DNA of 64,000 nucleotides from the NCBI GenBank assembly GCA_000987045.1, contig LAKY01000054.1, positions 14,098 to 78,097 of the forward strand, given 5' to 3'. Position 1 is the first letter of the stretch; the number at the start of each line of letters is the position of its first letter. The notes under the pieces are model-generated. The model saw only the letters and a program-made list of their open reading frames with translations, was not told the DNA's origin and ran no database searches. The DNA comes from Clostridiales bacterium PH28_bin88. GTDB taxonomy: Bacteria; Bacillota; PH28-bin88. This document shows, piece after piece, positions 50,157-59,846 of the stretch. Both the position numbers and the translations under genes were made by a program.

Positions 50157-50188
50157 TGGGTAAACCCATACAATTAGGAGGATGTCCG

Positions 50189-51211
50189 ATGCGAGACGTG
50201 CTGGAACAAATTAGGGAGCGAGCCACAGAGGAGATTAAAAAGGCCGGCGGCATGGAGGAACTTAACCAGGTACGCGTTAAGTTCCTGGGAAAAAAGGGTG
50301 ACCTTACCCAGGTACTGAGGGGGATGGGCCAGCTCTCACCCGAAGAACGCCCTGTGGTCGGTCAACTGGCCAACCGGGTGAGAGATCATATAGAGTCACG
50401 GTTGGACCTGAGGCGGGAAGAACTATGCCGGGCGGAACGCAATGCGCGCTTGGCCGCAGAGGTGCTGGACGTAACCTTGCCAGGAAAGCCGGTGATTATG
50501 GGCCGTAACCACCCGCTCACCCAGGTCGTGAACCAGATCAAGGAGATTTTTACAGGTATGGGCTACACCATTGCGGAGGGGCCGGAAATCGAATTGGATT
50601 ATTATAATTTTGAAGCTCTCAACCTGCCCAAAGACCACCCGGCCAGGGACATGCAGGACTCCTTTTATATCACCGACGAGATGCTCCTCAGGACCCATAC
50701 CTCGCCGGTGCAGGTGCGAACCATGGAGAAGATGGTGCCGGAACTGCCCATCCGGATCATCTGCCCGGGCAAGGTGTACCGGCGGGATGACGATGCCACC
50801 CACTCTCCGATGTTCCATCAGGTGGAGGGGTTATTGGTAGATGAGCGCGTCACCCTTGCCGATCTGAAAGGCACGTTGCTGGCCTTTGCCCGGCAGATGT
50901 TTGGCGAGGACCGGCAGATCAGGTTGCGCCCAAGCTACTTCCCTTTTACCGAGCCCAGCGCCGAAGTGGATATTTCGTGTATTATGTGCGGCGGCACCGG
51001 GTGCAGGGTATGCGGTGGGTCCGGTTGGTTGGAAATACTGGGCTGTGGGATGGTTCACCCCAGGGTGTTGGAAAACGTGGGTTATGATCCCCAAAAGGTC
51101 AGCGGGTTTGCCTTCGGCATGGGGGTAGAGCGGATTACCATGCTGAAGTACGGCATAGACGACCTGCGCCTGCTATTCGAAAACGACGTGCGTTTCTTGT
51201 CCCAGTTCTAG
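50189..51211 (+). CDS. pheS: Phenylalanine--tRNA ligase alpha subunit
   Basis: [39 protein letters not shown]. Confidence 0.97.
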   Translation: MRDVLEQIRERATEEIKKAGGMEELNQVRVKFLGKKGDLTQVLRGMGQLSPEERPVVGQLANRVRDHIESRLDLRREELCRAERNARLAAEVLDVTLPGKPVIMGRNHPLTQVVNQIKEIFTGMGYTIAEGPEIELDYYNFEALNLPKDHPARDMQDSFYITDEMLLRTHTSPVQVRTMEKMVPELPIRIICPGKVYRRDDDATHSPMFHQVEGLLVDERVTLADLKGTLLAFARQMFGEDRQIRLRPSYFPFTEPSAEVDISCIMCGGTGCRVCGGSGWLEILGCGMVHPRVLENVGYDPQKVSGFAFGMGVERITMLKYGIDDLRLLFENDVRFLSQF

Positions 51212-51471
51212 GAGACTACTGAACAAAGTAGAGCCCATTAGTGCTCCAGGCGGAGCGAATAGGAGCGGAGGGTAACCGGACTCGGCGAGGCCGACGTGTG
51301 AGGGCGGACCGGCGGGTAAGGACGCCCGCCGCCGAGACTTGAGGCAAGGACGCCGAATGGCGAGGGAAGTCCGCCCGAGCCGGAGGCCGAGCCCTAATCC
51401 GGTCCGTACGCGACTTCTGAGCGCAGCCGGAGCGTAATGGGCTGCAACGGACTTTTTCAGCACTTTCCTAG
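51208..51471. mobile_element. MITE-like element between pheS and pheT
   Basis: CTAG at both ends; imperfect TIRs GAGACTACTGAACAAAGT / ACTTTTTCAGCACTTTC; nested GC-rich hairpins; no convincing ORF. Confidence 0.75.
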
Positions 51472-51528
51472 AAGTTGTATCGCTAAGCCGCTAACTTACT
51501 TACAGCATGTAAGAGGGAGGGTACAATT

Positions 51529-53955
51529 GTGCGTGTTGCATATCAATGGCTCAAGGAATACGTGGACGTGAACCTGGCACCCCGGCAGCTGGCGGAGGCC
51601 CTTACCCTGGCTGGTATCGCCGTGGACCGGGTGGAGGACCTGGGTATCAATAACGTTGTTGTAGGGGAAATCCTGGATGTTGCTGGCCACCCCAACTCCG
51701 ACCACCTGCAGGTTTGCCTGGTGAGGGTGGAGGAGGGAAAAGAGCCGCTGTCAATTGTAACCGGTGCCCCCAACGTCCGGGTGGGGCAGCGGGTAGCGGT
51801 TGCCGTCGAGGGGGCGGAATTGCCAGGTGGGCAGACTATCACCACCACCAACTTCCGGGGAGTGGTTTCTCAGGGGATGCTTTGTTCTGCCCAGGAACTG
51901 GGGCTTGACCTGACTGACCTGCCTGATGAGCAACTGCATGGCATCCTGGATCTGCCCCAGGGAAGCCCGGTGGGGGCAAAGGTGGACCAGATATTTGGTA
52001 TTGCGGATCAGGTGCTTGAGTTGGATCTGACCCCCAACCGGGCGGACTGCCTGGCCATGGTCAACGTGGCGCGCGAGGTAGCGGCGGTAACGGGCGGTCA
52101 TTTGCACCTGCCGGAGATCTCCCTTAAACCGGAGGCAAGGAACGCCGCTGACATGACTAGCGTCGATATCGAGGCCACTGACCTGTGCGGGCGGTACGTG
52201 GCCAAGATCATTGAGAACGTTAAAATCGGTCCCTCCCCTCAGTGGATGCAGAAAAGGTTGTTGGCGGCGGGGGTACGCCCCATCAATAATATCGTAGACA
52301 TCACCAACTACGTAATGCTGGAAATGGGACAACCGCTGCATGCCTTCGATTACCACACCCTGGAAGGACGCCGGATAATTGTAAGGCGAGGGCGGCCTGG
52401 CGAAAGCATTGTGAGCCTGGACAAAGTGACCAGGCAATTGGACCCCGAGATGCTGGTGATTGCCGACGCGGTAAGGCCAGTGGCCATCGCGGGAGTGATG
52501 GGAGGGTTGGATACCGAGATTACAGCATCCACCACTACGGTGCTGCTGGAATCCGCCCATTTTGACGGAGCCAGTATCCGCCGCACCTCGCGCCAGTTGG
52601 GCTTACGTTCTGAGGCGTCCATGCGGTTCGAGAAGGGTGTGGATATCAACGGGACGGTAGCCGCGGCGGACCGGGCTGCCCAGCTAATGGCGGACTGGGC
52701 TGGCGGCCGGGTAGCCGCGGGCGAGGTGGACGCTTACGTCCGGCCATGGACACCACCGGTGATCACCCTGCGCATGCGGAGGGTGAATGAGATCTTGGGT
52801 ACCGCCCTGACCATGGAACAAATTTTGGAGGTTCTCCGCCGGCTCCACCTGGAAGTCCGGGTTAAGGAGGAGCACAGCCTGGAGGTAACGGTTCCCAGTT
52901 ACCGGGGTGACCTGACCACCGAAATTGACTTGATCGAAGAAGTGGCGCGCATTCACGGGTATCACCTGATACCTACCACTTTGCCTGGTGGGGCGACCGG
53001 GCGTTCCAAAAAGACGGCCGCCCAGCGGCTGGAGGAAATCTGCCGGGAGGTGCTAGCCTACGCCGGACTAAACGAGGTGATCACTTACAGCTTTGTCAAC
53101 CCGGCAGTCTTCGACCGCTTGACTTTGCCTTCCGGCCACCCGTGGCGGGATACAGTGGCTATCAAGAACCCCCTCAGCGAGGACCAGAGTGTGATGCGCA
53201 CTACCCTGCTTCCGGGCTTATTGGAGGTAGCGGCCCGTAATGTCAACCGGCGGGCTACCAGCCTGGCACTGTTTGAACTGGGCCGCATCTTCCTGCCGCG
53301 GGAAGGCGGTGAAGGGGGGTTACCCAGGGAGCGACTGGTGGCGGCCGGGTTGGCTACCGGTTGGGTGGACCGGGGTTGGCAACAGAAGCCTTTGCTCATG
53401 GACTACTACTATTTGAAGGGGATTGTGGAGGAGCTTTTTGCTCGCCTAGGGCTACAGGGATACCGCTTTATGCCCGTGGGTGATTTTCCCGGACTCCACC
53501 CTGGGAGGACAGCCGAGATCCAGGTGGACGGCGAAAACCTTGGGTTTATCGGTGAACTTCACCCGGAGGTACAGGAAAACTATGACCTACCTGAGCGGAC
53601 CTGCGTTTTTCAACTAGATTTTGAGACGATGCAATCCCTGCTGAAGGGCTTAAAACAATATGTTCCCCTGCCCAAATTCCCTGCGGTTACCCGGGATATG
53701 GCTATCGTGGTGTCGGTGGAGGTTCCGGCGGCCGAGATCGGCCAAACGATTCAAGCTACCGGGGGGGAACTCTTACGTCACTACCGGTTATTCGATGTAT
53801 ACCAGGGAGCGCAAATTTCCGCCGGAAAGAAAAGCCTCGCTTACACCATGGTATACCAATCCGCGGAGCGGACCCTCACCGACGAGGATGTCCATGTTGT
53901 CCACCGGCGTATCCTCCAGGTCTTGGCTGACAGGTATGGGGCAGAACTACGCTAA
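51529..53955 (+). CDS. pheT: Phenylalanine--tRNA ligase beta subunit
   Basis: SQGMLCS, LTPNRADC, GQPLHAFD, DLIEEVARIHGY, C-terminal FDX-ACB. Confidence 0.97.
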   Translation: MRVAYQWLKEYVDVNLAPRQLAEALTLAGIAVDRVEDLGINNVVVGEILDVAGHPNSDHLQVCLVRVEEGKEPLSIVTGAPNVRVGQRVAVAVEGAELPGGQTITTTNFRGVVSQGMLCSAQELGLDLTDLPDEQLHGILDLPQGSPVGAKVDQIFGIADQVLELDLTPNRADCLAMVNVAREVAAVTGGHLHLPEISLKPEARNAADMTSVDIEATDLCGRYVAKIIENVKIGPSPQWMQKRLLAAGVRPINNIVDITNYVMLEMGQPLHAFDYHTLEGRRIIVRRGRPGESIVSLDKVTRQLDPEMLVIADAVRPVAIAGVMGGLDTEITASTTTVLLESAHFDGASIRRTSRQLGLRSEASMRFEKGVDINGTVAAADRAAQLMADWAGGRVAAGEVDAYVRPWTPPVITLRMRRVNEILGTALTMEQILEVLRRLHLEVRVKEEHSLEVTVPSYRGDLTTEIDLIEEVARIHGYHLIPTTLPGGATGRSKKTAAQRLEEICREVLAYAGLNEVITYSFVNPAVFDRLTLPSGHPWRDTVAIKNPLSEDQSVMRTTLLPGLLEVAARNVNRRATSLALFELGRIFLPREGGEGGLPRERLVAAGLATGWVDRGWQQKPLLMDYYYLKGIVEELFARLGLQGYRFMPVGDFPGLHPGRTAEIQVDGENLGFIGELHPEVQENYDLPERTCVFQLDFETMQSLLKGLKQYVPLPKFPAVTRDMAIVVSVEVPAAEIGQTIQATGGELLRHYRLFDVYQGAQISAGKKSLAYTMVYQSAERTLTDEDVHVVHRRILQVLADRYGAELR

Positions 53956-54064
53956 AGGTACAGGAAACATGGCCTATCAATAATTTCCCTGCTGGCAGGA
54001 ATCCTGACATATTTCGCGAAAAAAATTAAGTAAGAAGGATAATTTCTGAAAGCGGGGGCTACCG

Positions 54065-54346
54065 GTGGGCCAGTTGAAAGATGTCAATGACCACAAGTCC
54101 CGAGTGACGGTGAATATTTTCGATCAGGAATACATCATCAAAGGCACAGATCCGCCTCAACATCTGGAACGGCTGGCGGTCTACCTGGACAAGAAGATGA
54201 GGCAGATTGGACAAAAGAATCCTAACCTCACAGCCTTGAAGGTGGCGGTACTGGCTGCCTTGCATATTACCGATGAGTTGAGTAAGCTGCAGGAGGACTA
54301 CGATGCCATCATCAGGCTGATCGAGGAAGAGAAGAAAAAGGGATAG
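54065..54346 (+). CDS. zapA: Cell division protein ZapA
   Basis: VTVNIFDQEY...LDKKM...AVLAALHI; located after pheT. Confidence 0.9.
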   Translation: MGQLKDVNDHKSRVTVNIFDQEYIIKGTDPPQHLERLAVYLDKKMRQIGQKNPNLTALKVAVLAALHITDELSKLQEDYDAIIRLIEEEKKKG

Positions 54347-54417
54347 GATTATTTCAGGCAAAAAAACGCCCTCACGGGCGTTTTTGCCGTGATAGTTCAG
54401 GAAAGATTATAAGGGGG

Positions 54418-56139
54418 GTGATATCCATGACCAACCTGGAGATAGCCTGGGTTTTTCGTGAAATTGCCGACCTGTTGGAACTGGCGGAAGACAATCCGTT
54501 CAAGGTGCGGGCCTACCGCAAGGCGGCCAAGGCAGTCTTTCACCTGAGCCGGGAAGTGGCTGAACTCTGGCGTGAAGGCAGCTTGTTGGAGGTGCCGGGC
54601 ATTGGTAAAAACCTGGCGGCCAAGGTAGAGGAACTGCTCCAGACCGGGCAGTGTTCCTTCCTGGAGCGGTTGAAAGAAACGGTTCCCCCGGGATTGCGCG
54701 ATATATTAACCATCCCTGGTATCGGCGCCAAGTCGGTGAGAACTATCCACCAGGTTCTCGGCATCACCACCCTGAGTGAACTGGAATTGGCGGCCAAGGA
54801 CAAAAAAATCCGTCACCTCCCCGGCATGGGCAGCAAGACCGAGTTGGCCATTCTCCGCGGAATTGACATGCTTAAGAGTCACCAGGGGGCGGCTCTGCTG
54901 GGTATTGCCCTCCCACTGGCAGAACAAGTGGTGGGGGATCTACGGGTATTACCGGAGGTAGAGAGAGCGGAAATTACCGGCAGTGTGAGGCGGAGCAAGG
55001 AGATGGTAGGGGACGTGGACATCCTGGTGGCATCCAGCCAGCCGGCGGTGGTCATGCAGGTCTTCGCGAAACACCCCCAGGTCAAGGAGGTGCTTGCCCA
55101 GGGAACTGACAGGACCAGGGCGATCACCTGGCTGGGCCTGCAATTGGACCTCCTGGTGGTACCACCCGGCAGTTTCGGGTCGGCTTGGCACCACCGGACC
55201 GGGTCGTCCCAGCACAACCGGCGTTTGCAGGAGCGGGCTCAGGGAATGGGGTTGAAGCTGAACGAAAGGGGTCTCTTTAGCAAGGAAGATGGTGAGGGAC
55301 TTCCGGTGGGAGGAGAGGAGGACATCTACCAGCGGTTGGGTCTAGCTTTTGTTCCTCCTGAGCTGAGGGAGGACCGGGGGGAACTGGAGGCAGCCGCTAA
55401 CGGAGAATTACCTCACCTGGTTTCCATGGCTGATATCCGGGGCGACCTGCACATGCATACCAATTGGAGTGACGGGGTCAATACCCTGCCGGAAATGGTT
55501 GAGGCCGCCAGGAGGAGAGGGTACGAATACATAGCTGTTACAGACCATTCCAGGTCCCTATCTATTGCCAACGGCCTCTCCCTGGAACGCCTGGTGGAGC
55601 AGCGGGGGGTTATCAACCGGTTAAACGAAAATATGGAGGATTTTCGTGTCCTGGCAGGGGTGGAGGTGGACATCCTGGCTGATGGTCGCCTGGACTACCC
55701 GGATGAGGTGCTGGAACTGATGGACCTGGTGATCGCGTCCGTTCATACCGGATTTAGGATGGACGGGGAAAGGATGACCGCCAGGGTAGAACAGGCTGTA
55801 AAGAACCCCCATGTAGACATTCTGGCCCATCCAACCGGTCGCATTTTGGGACGGCGTAATGCTTATGAGATTGACCTGGAGCGCATAATGGAGCTGGCTG
55901 CCTCCACAGGAACATGGCTGGAGATCAATGCCTCTCCTGACCGCCTGGATCTTGACGACATGCACGTGCGAACGGCCAAGGACATGGGTATTCCTATCGC
56001 CATCAACACCGATGCCCATGACGTAGTGCGCCTGGCCGAAATGAGGTACGGAGTCCTGACTGGCCGGCGGGGGTGGCTGGAAAAAGGGGACGTGGTCAAC
56101 ACCTGGAGCCTGGAAGAAGTGATGCGACGGATGAGGTAA
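54418..56139 (+). CDS. polX: DNA polymerase/3'-5' exonuclease PolX
   Basis: NPFKVRAY, GSVRR...GDVD, PHP DLHMHT, TDHS, AHPTGR, TDAH. Confidence 0.95.
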   Translation: MISMTNLEIAWVFREIADLLELAEDNPFKVRAYRKAAKAVFHLSREVAELWREGSLLEVPGIGKNLAAKVEELLQTGQCSFLERLKETVPPGLRDILTIPGIGAKSVRTIHQVLGITTLSELELAAKDKKIRHLPGMGSKTELAILRGIDMLKSHQGAALLGIALPLAEQVVGDLRVLPEVERAEITGSVRRSKEMVGDVDILVASSQPAVVMQVFAKHPQVKEVLAQGTDRTRAITWLGLQLDLLVVPPGSFGSAWHHRTGSSQHNRRLQERAQGMGLKLNERGLFSKEDGEGLPVGGEEDIYQRLGLAFVPPELREDRGELEAAANGELPHLVSMADIRGDLHMHTNWSDGVNTLPEMVEAARRRGYEYIAVTDHSRSLSIANGLSLERLVEQRGVINRLNENMEDFRVLAGVEVDILADGRLDYPDEVLELMDLVIASVHTGFRMDGERMTARVEQAVKNPHVDILAHPTGRILGRRNAYEIDLERIMELAASTGTWLEINASPDRLDLDDMHVRTAKDMGIPIAINTDAHDVVRLAEMRYGVLTGRRGWLEKGDVVNTWSLEEVMRRMR

Positions 56140-56279
56140 CAGCTTGCGTACCTGGAATTTTTCTCATATTTCTCTCTGGGCTGATGACGTTATCGGTGGC
56201 ATGGTTTTTCTTCCGGGGCAGGACTAATGCCCCTTTTCTTGAATAATACTATCGTCGAGGATCGAAAGGGGAGGATAAA

Positions 56280-57233
56280 ATGAAACTGGGAGAGATTTAC
56301 GAACTGGCGGTCCGGCTGGGAGTCCAGGCGGATCCCCGGGGAGAAGAAGCAGTAAGGCGGGTGCTGGCCGAGGATCAAAAAAAATACAACGAGATGAAGG
56401 AAAAAGAGCGCCAGGAATTTGACCTCGAACGGTTAGCCAACCCATACAGTGACAGCCGCATCCTCAACGGGGAAAAGGACCGGGAAGTCAACTCCATCCT
56501 GGCGGGAATTGATATTGAGGTGGGAGAGGTGCTGTTGGCCGACCGCCTGCGAGAACGGGGTCAGGCCGTAGACCTGCTGCTGGCGCACCATCCCGAGGGG
56601 AAGGCACTGGCTGCCCTGCATGACGTGATGCACGTGCAGGAGGATATTCTAGCTGAGTTGGGTGTTCCCATCAACGTCGCGGAAGGGATCATGGCGCCGC
56701 GGATTGGAGAGGTGCACCGGGGGTTGATGCCGTTAAACCATGACCGGACGGTAGATGCCGCCCGGCTGTTGGACATTCCTCTGATGTGCATCCACACACC
56801 TGCAGACAACCTGGTTACCGGATACCTGCAGGATTTATTAGAGAAGCGCAACCCTTCCACCGTTGGAGAGTTAATGGACACTCTCAAAGAGATCCCGGAG
56901 TATGCCAGGGCCATGGAAATCAACGCAGGGCCCCAGGTGGTAGTGGGGAGCAAAGATCGGCGGGTAGGCAAGGTATTCGTGGACATGACGGGTGGGACCA
57001 GTGGATCGGAGGACGCCTATGCCAAACTGGTTCAGGCCGGTGTAGGTACCATTGTCACCATGCATATCAGCGACAAGCACCGCAAGGAGGCGGAAAAGAA
57101 CCACATCAATGTGGTGATCGCCGGGCACATCGCCAGCGACTCCCTGGGGATGAACCTCCTGTTGGACCAGATCGCCAAGCAAGGGGTCCAGGTGAAGACT
57201 TGCTCCGGGTTATACCGGGTGAACCGTGAATAA
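56280..57233 (+). CDS. NIF3-like protein
   Basis: LAHHPEG, HTPADN, GHIASDS metal-binding motifs. Confidence 0.75.
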   Translation: MKLGEIYELAVRLGVQADPRGEEAVRRVLAEDQKKYNEMKEKERQEFDLERLANPYSDSRILNGEKDREVNSILAGIDIEVGEVLLADRLRERGQAVDLLLAHHPEGKALAALHDVMHVQEDILAELGVPINVAEGIMAPRIGEVHRGLMPLNHDRTVDAARLLDIPLMCIHTPADNLVTGYLQDLLEKRNPSTVGELMDTLKEIPEYARAMEINAGPQVVVGSKDRRVGKVFVDMTGGTSGSEDAYAKLVQAGVGTIVTMHISDKHRKEAEKNHINVVIAGHIASDSLGMNLLLDQIAKQGVQVKTCSGLYRVNRE

Positions 57234-57259
57234 TACCAATTTAAGAGGGTGGAAGGACC

Positions 57260-59806
57260 TTGGTTGACCGGCCGGAACTACTGGCGCCGGCGGGAAGTGT
57301 GGAGGCGCTGGTAGCTGGGATTAACAGCGGGGCCGACGCGGTGTACCTGGGGGGAAAACTGTTCAGTGCCCGGGCCTACGCCGCCAACTTCGACGAGCGT
57401 GGCATCGAAGAGGCGGTGAACCTGGCCCATCGCCGCGGGGTGAAGGTTTATATTACCGTTAATACCTTGTTGGATAACAGCGAACTGGAACAGGTAGCAG
57501 GTTATCTCCATTTCCTGTACCGCGCAGGGGTAGATGCGGTTATCCTCCAGGACTTGGGCCTTTTGAACCTGGCACGGCAGGTAGTCCCCGGACTGGAGTT
57601 GCATGCCAGTACCCAGATGACTATCCATAACAGCGCCGGGGCCAGGTTCCTTGCTGAAAAGGGGGTCCGGCGGGTAGTACTGGCCAGGGAACTGGACCTG
57701 GAAGACATCGCTGCCATTCAACGGGAATCCCCCGTGGAATTGGAGGTTTTTGTGCACGGAGCCCTCTGTGTGTGCTATTCCGGCCAGTGCCTGATGTCCA
57801 GCCTGATCGGCGGTCGCAGCGGCAACCGCGGCCGGTGTGCGCAGCCGTGCCGCCTGCCCTATACCCTGGTCAACCGGGAAACAGGGGAGGAATTGACGGA
57901 GGGCGGCCTACATCTTTTAAGCACAAAGGACCTCTGCCTGGTGGAAAGGTTGCCGGAACTGGTAAGGGCGGGCATCCACTCCTTCAAGTTTGAGGGGCGA
58001 ATGAAACGGCCGGAGTATGTAGCCACGGTAATCCGTGTTTACCGGCAGGCCCTGGACAGGTACCTGGAGGACCCGGAGCACTACTTCGTCAGCGACGAGG
58101 AACGAAAGGCCCTGTTCCAGATATTTAACCGCGACTTTACCACCGGTTATTTTTTCGGAAATCCAGCGAGAGAACTGATGAGTTATAAAAGGCCCAACAA
58201 CCGGGGCTTACACCTGGGCCGGCTGGTTTCCGTGGATCCTGCCCGCAGGTGGGGACGGATCAGGTTGGATGAGGCTCTCCGTATAGGAGACGGTATTGAG
58301 ATATGGGTGACCCGCGGTGGGCGCAAGGGTGTAACTGTGAGGCAGATAGAGGTGGGGGGCCAACCTGTGGAGGAGGCTAATGCCGGCATGCTGGTGGAGA
58401 TACCTCTGCCGGATGGTGCCCGCCCCGGCGACCGGGTATTCAAGACTCATGATGTTCGCCTGATGTCGCGCGCCCAAGAGGCAATGAGGATGTCCCGGGA
58501 AGAGGAAAAAATCCAGGTAAAAGCTTAGGTGCGGGTATCCGCCGGAGAACCTTTGCGCATCACCCTCATTGACCAGGCAGGGAACAGAGGGGAGGCGGAG
58601 ACAGAATTTCTGGCAGAGCCGGCCTTGAGAAGACCCCTAACCCCGGAGATCTTACGCCAGCAACTGGATCGGTTGGGCAACACCCCCTTTGTCCTGGGTG
58701 AAATGGAAACCCATATCGACGGGGAGTTAATGGTACCGCTCAGCGAGATCAACTCCGCCCGACGGGTGGCGGTAGAGGCGCTGATACAAAAGCGGGGTCA
58801 TGTCGCGGGACGGCCTTCCGTTCCCGCCCAGGAATTTGCTGCCCGGGTAAAGGAAGCGCTTAGACCGTTAAGTCCCCCGCATGGCCCTGGTAGGTCCCGG
58901 AAAAAGCCCCTGTTGTCCGTCGTGGTAGGCGATCTTGCTTCGGTAATGGCGGCAACGGCCGCGGGGGCCGACCGCCTCTACCTCGGCGGTGACCGCCTGA
59001 GAGGAAAGCGGTTCAATACAAGGGAACTGGAACGGTCAGTTGAACTGTGCCATGAAAAGGGTTGCCAGGCCGTGCTGGTTACCCCTCGTGTCTGGCATGA
59101 GGGGCAGCGGGATGAGGTTGAGCGTATTCTGGAACTGGCTGTTCGGTTGAAGGCCTCCGGGGTGATGGCGGCTAACCCGGGCAGCCTTGAGCTAACCAAG
59201 GGAGCAGTAGAGAATATGCCCCTTTACGGTGACTTCCCCCTGAACGCCTTCAACGACCTGACTATTGACCTGCTGCATCAGGAAGGCTTGGCCGGGGTAA
59301 CCTTGTCCCCGGAACTGACTATCAAACAGATTGAAAAACTGGCTGGCCGTTACCGTTATGATGTGGAATGCCTGGTCCATGGTTCTCTCCCCTTGATGGT
59401 AACTGAGCACTGCACGCTGGGGGCGGTACTGGGAGGGCGGACCTCTGAGGCCAAGTGTAACCAGGTATGTATGGCAGGGCGTTATGGCCTTCTGGACCGC
59501 ATGAGGTTTGTCTTTCCTGTCGAGACGGATGCCTATTGTCGCATGTACGTTTATAACCCCAAGGAACTCTGCTTGGTAGAGCACCTGCCCGAATTAGCCG
59601 GGCTAGGCATCAGCAGCGTTAGAATCGAAGCCAGAAAAGAGACTGACAGTTACGTGGCAGGGGTGGTTCGTGTTTACCGGGAGGCGGTCGACCGCACCTG
59701 GGACGAGCGGCCTTGCGGGGAGTATCTGGAGCACGCCCGGGAGCGGTTGGCCCGCTTCAGTCCGGGCGGATTTACCAAGGGACATTATTTTCGAGGAGTG
59801 CTATAA
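57260..59806 (+). CDS. U32 family (RlhA-like, DUF3656) protein interrupted by one in-frame TAG at 58526-58528
   Basis: PELLAPAG, HASTQM, CYSGQC...NRGRCAQPCR, KFEGR; 58529-59806 continues in the same frame to TKGHYFRGV. Confidence 0.85.
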
Positions 59807-59846
59807 TAAAAAGGGATCGTTTAACGATTTTTTCAAGGTGATTAAA

